A program made the position numbers and the translations under genes. The notes beneath the pieces are model-generated. The model was given only the letters and a program-made list of their open reading frames with translations. It did no database searches and was not told the DNA's origin. Shown one piece after another: positions 26,576 through 39,730 of a DNA stretch of 64,000 nt (positions within the stretch are counted from its first letter, which is position 1; the number at the start of each line of letters is the position of its first letter). Origin of the DNA: Eledone cirrhosa (taxonomy: Eukaryota); assembly GCA_964016885.1 (NCBI GenBank), contig OZ024741.1, positions 393,142,001 to 393,206,000 of the forward strand. The letters are read 5' to 3'.

Positions 26576-26843
26576 CATAGTTGAATATATTTTTAAATGT
26601 TTAAACATGCTTCAACATAAATCTAAAATCTTAGAAAGCATTTCTAAGTTACTCTGCGACATAATAGTGTATTAACTGCCCTATACACAACCAGAAAATA
26701 ACAATTGCATATTAAACAAGATGTACATTTTTGTCTCATGAATAAATATGCCACAGAATTAAAATGAAATGTATGACCAAAGCTATCAAACATCAAAATA
26801 ATAGGAATGGTGTTTATAAAATTATGAGAATTAAGATACTCAC

Positions 26844-26893
26844 CTGGTCGACGAGATAACTCCTGACGTCGAGAATTTGAACTTTCCTCATAT
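26844..26893 (-). CDS. CCDC9: CCDC9-like small exon ((E)YEESSNSRRQELSRRP)
   Basis: T-rich tract + TAG acceptor, CAG|GTGAGT donor, 50 nt, phase 2-1. In frame with the 45818-45999 exon; CpG-rich patch in AT-rich surroundings. Confidence 0.72.
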
Positions 26894-27429
26894 CTAAAAT
26901 TAAAAAATAAACTAAAATGAAAAATCCATCATTTTTACTCTTTCAATCAATTTATCTCTAATCTTACATTGATAATTGCCATTTTATAATCTTCAATCTA
27001 TTTTGAGGGCATATGAGTTTTATTTATTTCCTATATTCTTTATAATTTCTTCCATTACTTAAATTTTTTTCTTTTATCTTTTCATTCAGTTTGTTTCAGT
27101 TTTTAGTCACTAGCTTACTTATATAATGATTTATCACTTGTATTATGAAATGCAATTCCAGTGTTTGTCCCTTGGTACATTACCTTTTATATACACACAT
27201 CTACTGCATATATTTGTGATAGTTTTGTCTAACTGTGACAGCTAGTTACAAATTTTAGCCTCCATTTAGTTTAAATTGGTCAGATAAGCAGTTAAATTTG
27301 AACAATCCTTCTGAAACCTAAAATTCTAATCATTAATTTCATAGTCATCAGGCTACTTTTAATGATTAAATATTTCTAACCATAGTAAATATGATCTACT
27401 ATCCTCCCAGACTTAAAAGCCTTAGAGCT

Positions 27430-28300
27430 TGTCAAAATCACACAAATATAACTGAAACACCTAAGGCAATAACTACACCCACCAATAGCTACAACTACTT
27501 GCACCTATTATAATCAAATTTCCATAATAGGGAAATTTAGCAAAACAGTCATATCTCTAAAGCCCAACAAAGATTCAAGTGAAGTAGTGTCATGCAGAGT
27601 CAACACCTTAAAAGGTTTTAGAAAAGATCTTTGACATCAGTAACCCTCACATTTCTTTCACTAAATCACAATATGAATTCAAACCATTACATTCAACCAA
27701 CATGCCACACTCACAAACCTTACAAAAGACAACAACAACAAAACATTCTAATTACTACTGACATTAGCAAATCTTTCAATTCCATTTTCAACTATTCACT
27801 TATAAACAAAATACTCAAAAATATTTTCAGAATGGAATATCACAAATATGTCCACTCAACCAAATTTCTAAATCTATACTTACAAAACTTACCCACATCT
27901 CTAAACAGACAACCTTATACTCAGATGTTATTACAATCACATTCCTCCATCACTCTCTAGATACAACAGCAGAACTACTTTAACTACATTATATCACCTA
28001 GAAACCTGGCTTCACAACTAGACGTAATTCACTGTCTCCATTCTTACCAACAATACTAAAGAAGATGAAATACAACCATCCATCACAAAAACATATACAT
28101 ACATACTACATACATAAAAGACAAAAAATATCAGGAGTTCCATACAATATTACTTTACCATTCACAACACATACAGAAGACATAAGTAAAGAAAAACAAA
28201 GTAGAAATATACTTGACCATAAGGTTGCTTCATCAGAATTGACCTGGGGTTACACAACAATAACAACAAGCATACAAAAATAGACTGGACAGTAGAGAGT
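27430..28300 (+). mobile_element. Very degenerate Jockey/I-group LINE RT remnant
   Basis: LKPNKDSS...SCR (cf. LKPGKD..SYRP), ITTDISKSFNSI (cf. DISKAFDSV). Confidence 0.5.
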
Positions 28301-29291
28301 ACAATTTGTACATACTATCACACTTTATGCTATATGAATATTCACCATTACATATGAGAATGTGCAGTATGGTCTTCAGTCAACAGTAAGTCTTGAACAA
28401 TTGATTGCCTCTGTGCCATATATATGCTCAATCAGAACTAGCTGGCCTAGGGTTCACAATAAAAATAATAACATAAAATATTGATTTTTATTCATATATC
28501 ATCCCTGCCAGTGCCTTTCAAACAAGTACAACTCCTGTAAACATTGTGCACTACAAACTTCAAAATGACAAAGTGTCATGCAATATATGACAATAACTTG
28601 AGAGAAAAACATGCCATAAGATGAATAGGATGTAGTGTGCAGGAGGGAAGAATGTATTGATGCAGGCATATGATGCAAATGGAGGCTGACAGTTGGGGAA
28701 AGAAGTGTTATGAGATTGAATTGGAATTAACCCGCAGAAAAGAACACCTAGAAGGACATGGGACCATGATACATAACAAGACACTATGTTGGAGAATACC
28801 TGTCCAACAAAAGTAAGCATGAGAATACCAACATAAAAATAAACGTGATAATCATTTTATGGTCATTTTCCCTGATAGCAAGGGTTAAATGAGTTGTCAC
28901 AAATTAAATCAGTAGTGTTGGAGCTACTGACCTTTCATTCCCACACTCTTCAGAGTGTATTGGGTGCATGTTATTATGGCACCAGTTCTAAAGAAGTTGT
29001 CATGTTTATGACACAACTGAAGAGTCATTTTAAATAAGTTTGTCAGGTTTTCTACAACTGGATGCCCTTCCTATCAGTAACAACTTTACAGAGTGTAGTG
29101 AGTGTTTCTATTGTGTAGATAATAAACATGAGGGAGGTCGTCATACCTTTGACACAACTAAAGTGTCTTCTCAACCCACTTTTTGCTTGGTTTCTACAGC
29201 TGGATACCTTTCTCTCTCTCTATATATATATATATAGAGGGGGGGAGGGGAGAATTAAAGTTTTTACTCCAACATAGCTGTATAGATATAA

Positions 29292-29607
29292 GTATGTGAA
29301 TTTTGTATATCTAATGATATACGGTGTGTTTACAAATAAACATTTGAAAAGCTCTTTAACTATGAATATTGAAAAGCTGACAGCTAGTACCATCTAACGG
29401 ATTGCAGCAGAGAGCAGGACGGGGGAAACATTGTCCTGATGTCGGCCTGAGCCAGAAACGAGTTGGCAGTTATCCCCCTCTACTGCTTCTGCTGGGATCT
29501 GCTAAATGGCGCTAGCTGTCAGGTTTTCAATATTCATACCTAGAGGGCTTTCTGAATGTTTATTTCTAAACATACCATGTATCATTAGATATACAAAATT
29601 CACATAC
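29292..29607. repeat. Older foldback element with ~144-bp diverged arms
   Basis: GTATGTGAATTTTGTATATCTAATGATA... pairs with ...TATCATTAGATATACAAAATTCACATAC through to TTGTC/GGCAG. Confidence 0.9.
29432..29468 (+). ncRNA. Degenerate minimal hammerhead at the tip of a ~145-bp hairpin
   Basis: TGTC-CTGATGT-CGGC(CTGA)GCCA-GAAA-CGAG-TT-GGCA. One core change (A9>T); stem I is continuous with the foldback arms. Confidence 0.5.
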
Positions 29608-29807
29608 ATAGATATAAATTGAAGTAGTAGCTGCAATAGGGCAGATACCAATTAAATTATTTGAGGCAGTCACAGAGTACTCAATGGTGTGAAGAGTTAA
29701 TAAATTTTTCGACCAGAGTTAACACATGAAGTTATATAAGGGTGACGCTATGAACATATTGACAAGGTGTATGTAGGAATAGTAAATAACCACAACAACA
29801 AATTATA

Positions 29808-30811
29808 TATCATCATCATCATCAACGTTTAACGTCCGTGTTCCACGCTTGCGTGGGTTTGGACGGGGGTATTCCCACTTGAGGCAAGAGTGATTGTCTT
29901 GCTCGCATAGGACAGTCTGGCAGGTTTTCTACAGTTGGATGCCCTTCCTAACACCAACCACATTTACAGTGTGGGTCTGGGAGGTTTTTACCGTGTTGCC
30001 TACACGGCCACATTACAGCGTGGACTGTGTGTTTTTTGTCGTGACACCTACACGATCTCATTTGTTTCGGCCTGGATGGCGCGGCACCAACATAACTTTA
30101 CATAGAACGGGGTGGTGTGGATGGGGTGGGGGTGGTGGTGGTGGTGGGACGGGGTGTATTTTGTTAGAGATGCCTACTGGCAAGGCGGGTCTTCTCTATT
30201 ACTGAGTACCGCCAAAGGTCTCGGTCCAGTGACATTGTCTTGGTGAGGTGTAAGTGTGTGAGGTCGGTGTTTATCAGCTCGTCCCAGGTTTTTCTGGGTC
30301 TGCCTATTCCGTGGCTACCGTCTATCTTTATTGCCCTGCACTTTGTTATACAGCTATCATCCTTCATGCGCATCACGTGACCATACCAACGTAGCCTTCT
30401 CTCTAGTAAACAACATCTAATCCCTCTTATTTTTAATTTTTTCCTTAGTTCGTTTATGCTTTGTCGTTCACGTATATTACTATTACACATCCAGCGGAGC
30501 ATGCAAGCTTCGTTTCTCTCTAGTCTGCGTATATCCTCTGCACACAATGCCCAGGTCTCACCGCCATGCAACATTGCTGTTCGTATGCAGGCATCGTACA
30601 GCCTGCCTTTCATTTTTAGGGAGAACCCTTTAGCGGCTAATAGTGGTATAAGCTCTCTGAACTTTTTCCACCCAGTTCTGACTCTAGCTACTGTACTTTC
30701 AGAGCACCCTCCCCCACTGCTGATTTTGTCACCCAGGTAACGGAAGCTGTCCACTATTTCTATAGAACCCTCTGCGCAGTTGAAAGAGCTAGTATTTTGT
30801 GGGCACTTGCT
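29808..30811 (-). mobile_element. Same young RTE LINE family, shorter 3' fragment
   Basis: ORF 30164..30754 is nearly identical to the C-terminus of 6951..8504; same 3'UTR and tail. Confidence 0.96.
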
Positions 30812-31360
30812 ATATATATATGTAATGTGGCCGTGTAGGCAACACGGTAAAAACCTCCCAGACCCACACTGTAAATGTGGTTGGTGTTAGGAAGGGCATC
30901 CAACTGTATAAAACCTGCCAGACAGTCCTATGCGAGCAAGACAATCACTCTTGCCTCAAGTGGGACTACCCCCGTCCAAACCCATGCAAGCGTGGAACAC
31001 GGACGTTAAACGTTGATGATGATGATGATGATATAGTTATATATAGTTATACTTTTAGAGGGTCATGTTGCCAATAAAAACACACACACCTGTTGGTTTT
31101 CACTTCAATTTATTATAAATTTTACACACCTCTCCCATCAGAGTCCCCAGCCCACACTGTAAAGTGGTCATGTAGGTGGCATGACAAAAAGAACACACTG
31201 TAAATGTGGTTGGTGTTAGGAAGGGCATCCAGCCATAGAAAGCAGGTCAAAATCAGTTCTGTATGAGAAAAACAATGGGACAACTCATCTAACCCATGCT
31301 AGCGTGGAAAAATGAACATTAAATGGTGATGGTGATGATGATGATGATGATGATGATATA

Positions 31361-32597
31361 TGAGATAGTATCAAAACGTTTCTGTAGTGCACCAAAAATT
31401 GCAACACAAGATAGCGTTCACAGTGAGAGCTAGCAGTGGTCTACATGCACCAGTGAGCCAAGTGACATCACAGTGTTTACTTTGCAAATTGTGAAATTTG
31501 TGTTTTTGTGATTGCGTGTAGCCTGTAGCCTGCAATTCTTTCATGAACAGGAAGTTGGAACAAAGAGCCAATGTGAAATTTTGCATTCAACTTGTGAAGT
31601 CTGCCACAGAGACATTGGAGCATGCTCTGGCAAGCTTATGGCGAGGAGGCAATGAGTCGTACACAATGTTTTGAGTGGCCAAGATGATTCAAAAGTGGAA
31701 AAACACCCTTGCAATGCATGCCATGAGCGTCACTTCTGGAAATATAAAGAAAATTAATCAGCTTGTGCATCAGGATCGTCGGAGGACAACCAATGATATT
31801 GCTGTTGATGTTGGTCTGTCGTATGGGACTGTGCAGGCAATCCTAACATCTGAATTGAACAGGCAGCCTGTTGATGCCAAGTTTGTCCCCAGTCAGCTGA
31901 TAACTGAGCAGAAAGAACATCACGTCAAAGTCTGTCAAGATCTCCGTCAGTGTGCCACTGACGATCATCCATCATGTCGAGGATCATCTCTAGTGATGAG
32001 AGTTAGGTCTACAGGTACGACGCTGAGACAAAGCAGCAGTTGACACAGTGGAAAAGCCCTTCATCTCTATGACAGTAGATGGCACGAAATGCAAAGAATG
32101 TTCATTGTTTTTTTCAAAATCTGTGGATCAATAATTCACCCACCAAGGCAAGACCAGAGTTCTACTGCAACGTTTAGAGGTGCTTGAGGGAGGACATTCA
32201 GCGAAAGCAACCAGATCTGTGGAGCATGAAGAATTGGATTCTTCATGATGACAATGCACCCTGTCACCGAGCTCTCCGAGCTCATTTCGCCAAAAATAAC
32301 ATTGTATCACTTCTGCAGATTAGCACCTGCGGACTTGTATCTCTTCTCGAAGCTGAAAAGGCAGTTCAAAAGTCACTGTTTTAACACAATTGCCAAGATC
32401 CAGAGCAAATTGCAGAAGGTCTGACTCACTTATGGAAAATGACTGCCAGGTAGAATTCCAAAAGTGGCAGGAATGCTGGGACCAGTGTATTGCTGCACAA
32501 GGTGACTATTTTGAAGAAGGAGATGATGTTAAAACTTATGTAAATATATTATTTCTTTTAAACATAACTAGTCCAGGAACGTTTTGATACCATCTCA
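31361..32597 (+). mobile_element. Full-length degenerate mariner transposon
   Basis: TIRs TGAGATAGTATCAAAACGTTTCTG / CAGGAACGTTTTGATACCATCTCA, TA flanks; EQRANVKFC, LHDDNAPCH, LAPADLYLF.KLK remnants. Confidence 0.92.
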
Positions 32598-32607
32598 TAT
32601 ATATATA

Positions 32608-33286
32608 CAGGGTGCGGACAATATTTGTTCGCAATTTTCAACTGCTAAATTTATGCACATTTTTTTTTACTTCATAAAAACAGTGACTATATTTCCATTA
32701 TTTATTTTCAGAATAATTGATTATGAATAATTTTGAAACTCCAAATTTGTGGAAGAGACACAGAGTTCCTGAACATCGATGGCTACATCCGCATGCTGAG
32801 CGAGGTAGTAAAGCCCTGGATCGACCAGGTAGCTGCAGGTAGGCCGTACGTGGCAGCAAGACTCAGCGCCCTGCCATACCAGCCGAAAGACCCAAGCCTG
32901 GCTGTCAGAGAACTTCATCGACCACACTTCACCTGACATCTGGCCTCCCAGCTCGCCTGACTGCAACCCCCTCGACTTCTTTGTGTGGGGCGCAGTGGAA
33001 CGAGACACCAACAGATCTAGCTGCAATACGAAAGACAATCTGAAGGCCAGGATCACAAGTGCCTTTAGGGGCCTAAGTCGGGGGACAGTGACGAAGGCCT
33101 GTAGCCGGTTCCAAGGCCGCTTTGAGGCCGTCATCAAAGCCAATGGTGGGTTTATCGAGTGAGATTGAAAGAACAAGTCATGAAGATAAACTGACTCAAG
33201 TTTGATAAATAAATCTTAAAAAATAAAACTACTGTGTTATATTTTCCTAGACAGTAATCTTGCGAACAAATATCGTCCGTACCCTG
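32608..33286 (+). mobile_element. Internally deleted DD37D (maT-type) Tc1/mariner element
   Basis: 27-bp TIRs CAGGGTGCGGACAATATTTGTTCGCAA, TA TSD; QQDSAPCH...WPPSSPDCNPLD with 37 residues between the Asp residues. Confidence 0.92.
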
Positions 33287-33299
33287 TATATATATAGTT

Positions 33300-36200
33300 C
33301 CAAGGTTACTAGGCTGAAAATGTGGCAGTGGGAATGAGCTTGCACTGCTCAAAAAATGCTCCTCACGGTGTGTGCCTCAAATAACTTCTGGCAACCAAGT
33401 CCAACTCCTAGCCTCCTCCTCTGACAGGAGAAGGGGCGTAGGCAGGCTCTGGCACCTTCAAACTCGTGCTCCGGGTATATGGAGCTCGTCAGCCTAGGGG
33501 GGCAGTCCATCTAAAAGAAAGCAAACACTGAACTCAAACGTCTGCTGCTTTGCAGCTATACACACTTATGGGAAAGATTTCAGGAGTACACCCCGAGGAT
33601 AAATCTGGAGCCAGAATCCCTAAGGCAGTTCGATGTAATATCCAACTTCATTCTGGCAACGACTGTGGCCCCCACCAGTGTTAAGTTGTACTGGCCTCTG
33701 TTTTTATCCTTGGACAACTGCCGATATCCCATAAAATCTTGCCAGGCCTGTGCCCTGGAGAGGTTATGCCAATGTCGCTCATTGTAGTAGCAAAACATAG
33801 AAAGCAGCAGTCTACCGGATATAAGTCTGCACATGATTGGCGTATGAGCAAGGCGGCAGGGGCTGCTTTTGATGGAGAGAGAGGCCATTGTGCCTCACTG
33901 GACAGCTACTGCCCACCTCAAGCTGGGCAGCCCCCAGCCAGTACGGTGCTGTCCAAATGCACAACTGGGTGTGTGGGGCTTAGGGATATTAATTAATACA
34001 CTGAATCGTGACTGCAAACACTGCACCAAGAAAAACAATGAATAAACAAACAAACAATGTAAGACACTGGCATTCAGACTTGGATGTTGGAATATATGCA
34101 CCCTGACTACTGGTCATGCCATATGACCTTCAAAAGATCAGTGACAGCCGCAAAACAGCAGTTATCAACAACAAATTGCTATGAATTCGAGTGGACATTG
34201 CAGTGCTTCATAAGACACAGCTCCCACATCTGGGGACCCTTCGTGAGAGAGAATATACCTTTTTCTGGCAGGTAAAGGCATAGATAAAGCTAAAGATAAT
34301 GGTAACATCTTTGCCGTGAGGAATTCACTGTTGAATATGGAGGAACTCGGTAGCAACGGCTCGGAACAGATCCTCTCACTCTGATTGTACACTTCAGATG
34401 GGCCTGTCAACCATGTCAGTGCTTATGTCCCAACCCTCTATTCCACACAAGACGACAAGGATAAAGTTTCACAATCAGCTTTCTAGAAAAATACAGGCGA
34501 TCCCACATGGTGAACAGCTGATGCTACTTGGCAACTTCAATGCCAGAGTGGGAGCTGACCATGACTCCTGGACAGTGTTGGGATGGCATAGGGTCAGTAA
34601 CATGAATGACAACAGGCAACGATTGTTTGAGCTCTGTATGCTCCATGGACTATGTGTCACCAACACCTACTCCGAAGCCAAAGTTCAGCACAAAGTTTCC
34701 TGGAATCATCCTTGTTCAGGGCACTGGCACCAGCTAGATCTGATCTTCACAAGACACAACCACTTGAGAGATGTACTTCTGACTCGGTCCTTTTAGACTG
34801 CTGACTGTGACACAGATCACTCTCTGGTTTGCTTCAATCTCAAACCAAAAATGATACTCTATGCCAAGCCTCTGGACAGGCAACATATCAATGCTACTGC
34901 AATGTAGTAGTCAGTCACAGTAGCTACATTCATCAAGTCTCTGGAAGATGCCCTCCTTGCAGACCCACGAGAAGGTGATGTTCAGCAAAGATGAGATTCT
35001 CTCAGAGGCACTATCCATGACACTGCATTGAAGAACTTCGGGAAGATGCAAAGAATCCCACATGACTGGTTTGAGGCGAGTCAGGATGAGCTCATTGTGA
35101 CCATGGAGCACGCTGCTCTGTTGAAGTACAAACACCAACCCACAAAGGCAATGCTCAAGCATTGACATCAGCTAGAAACAAAACACAAAAGATTGCGAGG
35201 CACTGTGCAAATGACTACTGGTTACAGCTATGTGAAGGCATCTAGCTGTCATTTGATACCATTCGGGGAATGTATGAGGGCATCAAGAAAGCCATCGGCC
35301 CAACCCAGAGCAAGATGGCCCCACTCAAATCCAGAACGGGTGAGGGCATCAAAGGCAGTTGGAGAGATGGGTGAAATATTACTCCAAACTCTACGGCAAG
35401 GAAAACAGTTTCTCGGACAACCCGCTAGACACAGTCGAACACCTACCCATCATGGAGGGGCTAGATGCATTGCCAACTGTTGAAGAACTGTGCAGAGCCA
35501 TTGATGGCTTACCTGCTAGGAAGGCACTAGGGTCTGATGCCATCCTCCCAGAGGTCACCAGGTGTGCAAAGGGAGTCCTACTTAGCCACTTGTTGAAAGT
35601 ACTATGTCAATGCTGGGAAGAAGGAACAGTCCTGGAAGACATGAGGGACTGTAACATTGTTACCCTCTATAAGAGTAAAGGGGACAGAAACAATTGCAAT
35701 AGCTACTGGGGCATCTCGCTCCTAAGTATTGTTGGGAAGGTCTTTGCCTGCATGGTCTTGAACAGACTACAGAAAATCACTGAGCGGGTATACCCCAAAT
35801 CTCAGTGTAGTTTCAGGTCAGAACACTCCACCATTGACATGATCTTCTCCCTTCAACAGCTACAGGAGAGGTACCAAGCACAAAGGCAGCCACTCTACAT
35901 CACCTTCATCGTCCTCATGAAAACATTCAATCTAGTTAGTGGGGACAGCCTGTTCAAAATCATTGCCAGGATTTGTTGTCCTCCAAGGCTTCTTAGGATA
36001 GTCCAGTCGTTTCATGCAGATATGTAAGGTGTAATTCAATTTGATAACTCTTATTCAGAGGCATTTAACATAGTGGTGTGAAGCAGATCTGTGTGCTGGC
36101 CCCCACCCTGTTAGGCATCTTTTTCACAGTCATATTAAAACATGCATTTGGAGAGTCAACTGAAGGTGTCTACCTCCTCACCAGATCAGACGGGAAGCTG

Positions 36201-36560
36201 TCTAGTCTGTCAAGGTTGAAAGCGAGATCTAAGGTTTGTCAGGTACTCATCAGAGAAATGCCATTTGCAGATGATGTAGCACTGGCAGCACACTCTAAGG
36301 AGCAAATGCAGCACCTCATGAACAAACTTTTGAGAGCCTGCTAAAAATTCAGCTTGACCATTAGTCTGAAGAAAACCAATGTACTGGGCCAAAGTGTCAA
36401 GTACCCCCCACCACCATCACCATCAACAACTATGAGCCACAAATTCCCCTACTTTGTTTGGCTCCTCTATCACTGACCACCTCTCCCTGACCCTGAGATC
36501 GGCCGGAGAATTGGACGAACAACCTCTACAGGCTGACAAAGAGAGTCTGGGAGAAAGAAA
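33300..36560 (+). mobile_element. Near-full-length degenerate RTE (BovB-like) LINE, different family
   Basis: APE motifs (YTFFWQ, LLGNFNARVG, HWHQLDLI, TDH) and RT motifs (YWGISLLSIVGK, LAPTLLGIFF, FADD); many stops. Confidence 0.88.
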
Positions 36561-36564
36561 ACTA

Positions 36565-37610
36565 ACCACAAATACCAACATTTGAAAAATTTAGCAAATA
36601 TAAAGACCTGGAAATAAAGATTGGAAAAATGTGGAAGTTGAGAGTTAAAACAATACCAGTGGTTGTAGGTGCTCTAGGAATGATACCCAAGGGGGCTAAA
36701 CCTGCATATAGAAGAAATACAAAAGATAGTACTAATGGGAACTGACCATATACTAAAGAAAATTCTGTTAAGATGAGTATTTCACAAGTGGAAACACCTC
36801 TAAAGATACATGTGTATATGTGTGTGTTTTTGCTTGAACATGGCAGACCTTGTTGTCTAGAGAGATCAAGGCCAACCAACCAGATATTATAGTCAAAGAC
36901 CACAAAGAAAAAAATGCCTTCTAATAGATGTATCTAGCCCCACAGACGACACTATATCTTCCAATGAAATAGAGAAACTCTCCAAATATAAAGATCTAGA
37001 GATAGAAATAACTCAAATGTGGAAAATGAAAACAGAAACAATACCTATAATAATAGGTGCTCTAGGAATGATAAAAAAACACACAGACAAATACATAGTC
37101 AAAACCCCAGGACTTACAAATATATACAGCATGCAGAAGATAGCACTACTAGGCACTGCACACATATGAAAAGTACTATCAATACAATAGAAATAACACC
37201 AGCAAAAAACTACACTGCTCATACCCAAGGCACACAGAGCTGTGCTCGGTAAAGCAGTAATGATGCGCAATAAAAATAATGGAAATAATAATAATAATAA
37301 TAATAATAATAAGATCAACATAACAAGGTCTGTTTATTGATAGATATGAGCATCCCATGTGATCACAATATCGCGGCAAAAGAATTTGACAAGCTACGAA
37401 AATATAAAGATCTGCTTATTGAAATTGAGAAAATGTGGCACCTCTAGGCCGTTACAATACCAGTAATTGTGGGGGGGACTGGGAATGATCAAGAAAGGAA
37501 CAGAACAATATTTGCGAATGATTCCTGGTTTACCCTCTCTGCACGAGGTGCAAAAAATTGTTTTGACTGGTACTGCATACGTATTTAGAAGAGCACTATC
37601 TCTGTAAGAT
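36565..37610 (+). mobile_element. Three adjacent 3' fragments of R4/Dong-like LINEs (REL endonuclease)
   Basis: NQPDIIVKD...LIDVS.P...EKLSKYKDLEIEI..MW...TIP+++GALG repeated three times; (AAT)n at 37284-37311. Confidence 0.8.
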
Positions 37611-37724
37611 TGATATCCCTCCTTGTATTTACATATGCATATATGCATATATGTATGTATATATGTATACTGTTTTTTTTTTTGTTTTTTTTTTAATTAT
37701 AGCCCACACTACAAACATGATTTA

Positions 37725-38657
37725 TGCTTAGGAAGGGCATCCAACAGTTGAAAATCCCAGCCAAAACAGAGTCCTGCTATGAGCAAAGTGCGATACGGAC
37801 AACTGACTAGACCTCCACCCATGATGGTACCAGTCCCATGGCGCCAAACTTGCCTCATAAGTGGGACCACCCAGTCCTACACTGTTTAAGTTAGTTGGTG
37901 TTAAGAAAGGCACCCAGGTCCCATTATGTGAAAGGTCCAGCGCAGCCAACTGGCCACACCTTCCTCATAATATGTCCACCCAGCTCCCAAAATATGGTTC
38001 AGCTATGAGCAGAGTACAGCGCATCCAACTTACTAGACCATCCACATAATGGGACCACCCAATTCCATAGTTCTGCTATGAGCAGGGTACAGCGTGGCCA
38101 ACTGGTCAGACCCTCCTCATAACAAGACCACCTAGTTCCATACTGTAAACGTGGTTGCTGTTAGGAAGGATATCGAGCAGCTATAAAAACCCAGCTGAAA
38201 TGTGATCCAGTGTGAGCAAGGTACAGCGCAATTAACTGGCCAGATTTGTCTTATAAGTGAAACCATCCAGTCCTACACTGTAAACGTGGTTGGTGTTAGG
38301 AAGGGCATCCAGCAGCTGTAAACACCCAGCCAAAACATGGTCCTGTATGAGCAAGGTCTAGCACTGCCAACTGGCAGTACCACACTGTTAGAAAGGACAC
38401 CTAGCAGCCATAAAACTCACCTCACAAATATGGATCCACTTATGAGCAGGGTATGGAACGGCTAATTGGCCTGACTGCTCTCATAACGGGACCACCCAGC
38501 TCCAAACGGTTGGTGTTAGGAAGGGCATCCAGCTGTAAAAATCCCAGCCAAAATGCAGTTCCATTTGAGCAAGGTACAGCGTGGCCAACTGACAAGACTT
38601 GCCTCATAACGTGTATGACCCATCTGACCCATGCAAGCATAGAAAATAAGACATTAA
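37725..38657 (+). repeat. Degenerate tandem array of SINE/RTE-tail-like units
   Basis: Repeated GTTAGGAAGGGCATCCAGC..AAAA.CCCAGCCAAAA..ATGAGCAAGGTACAGC..GGCCAACTGG..GGGACCACCCAG. Confidence 0.75.
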
Positions 38658-38854
38658 CCCTTTAGCATTTACATTACTCTATATTTACTATTATACTTTC
38701 ATGGTAAAGGCTTTACCTCACATAATATCAAATCTATGAGATTCATTTTGAGAACAATAGCTTAACATCACAATGAGTGGCCAGTTACAGCTGGTTTAAA
38801 CAGAAAGAGGCGAGAGAATTCTGGCCAGATATGACCAGTTTAAATACTAAAGGG
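38658..38854. mobile_element. piggyBac-like MITE
   Basis: TTAA|CCCTTTAGCATTTA ... TAAATACTAAAGGG|TTAA, inserted into a SINE/RTE tail. Confidence 0.8.
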
Positions 38855-38872
38855 TTAAATGGTGATGATGAT

Positions 38873-38910
<38 letters not shown>

Positions 38911-39453
38911 CTAACACATTTATGACTGTTTGGTTAAGAAGTTTGCTTCGCAAACACAAAGTTTTAGGTTCAAGCTATGGACATAGCATTTTCGGTAAAT
39001 GTCTTTGACAATCTTAGACCAACCAATGCAAAGGAATTTGGTAGGTGGAAACTGAGGAAACATGTTGTATATGTCTGTGTATCCCCATGCTTCTTAATAT
39101 CAACCATATTTAAAAGAGTGACAATTGTTTATGTCTTGCATAAACAAAACCCCATAGCTTAACAGTATGACAGAGTGCAGCAGTATATACATATTTAAAA
39201 ATAAAGTTGGTGTCAGAAAGGGCATTCAGCTGAAAGAAAACTACCTCAAAAGAATTTTGTCTAACACAAAACCAACATGAAAGAGTAGGTGATTATGATA
39301 TATATATATATATTTAAAAGTTAAACAAGGTTCAATGAATACATCAAAGAATGAGTTTTACAATAGATTGGAAGCACTCAACAGTAATGGTTTTCCAGAG
39401 TTATTAATATTAATTCAAAATATTAACAAAATAGATATTCTTGTGATCAAGTA

Positions 39454-39520
39454 TATTTTATTATACATATTTCAGAGGTACTGAGTTAAGTTCAACAGTA
39501 TGTCCTCATCAGATAAAATA
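39454..39520 (-). ncRNA. Minimal type-I hammerhead ribozyme (inverted copy, sense to the CCDC9 pre-mRNA)
   Basis: Reverse complement of 39624-39690 with one CpG-type change in stem II; core intact. Confidence 0.8.
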
Positions 39521-39623
39521 AGATGATGCATGACATACCCTGACATAGTAGATGGTTAAGATTCATGACTACCATGACTGAATCTTAACCATCTACTATG
39601 TCAGGGTATGTCATGCATCATCT

Positions 39624-39690
39624 TATTTTATCTGATGAGGACGTACTGTTGAACTTAACTCAGTACCTCTGAAATATGTATAATAAAATA
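39624..39690 (+). ncRNA. Minimal type-I hammerhead ribozyme
   Basis: TATTTTAT-CTGATGA-GGACGTACTG(TTGAACTTAACT)CAGTACCTCT-GAAA-T-ATGT-A-TA-ATAAAATA: perfect 8-bp stem I, stem II with C-C mismatch. Confidence 0.85.
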
Positions 39691-39730
39691 TACTTGATCA
39701 CAAGAATATCTACTTTGTTAATATTTTGAA

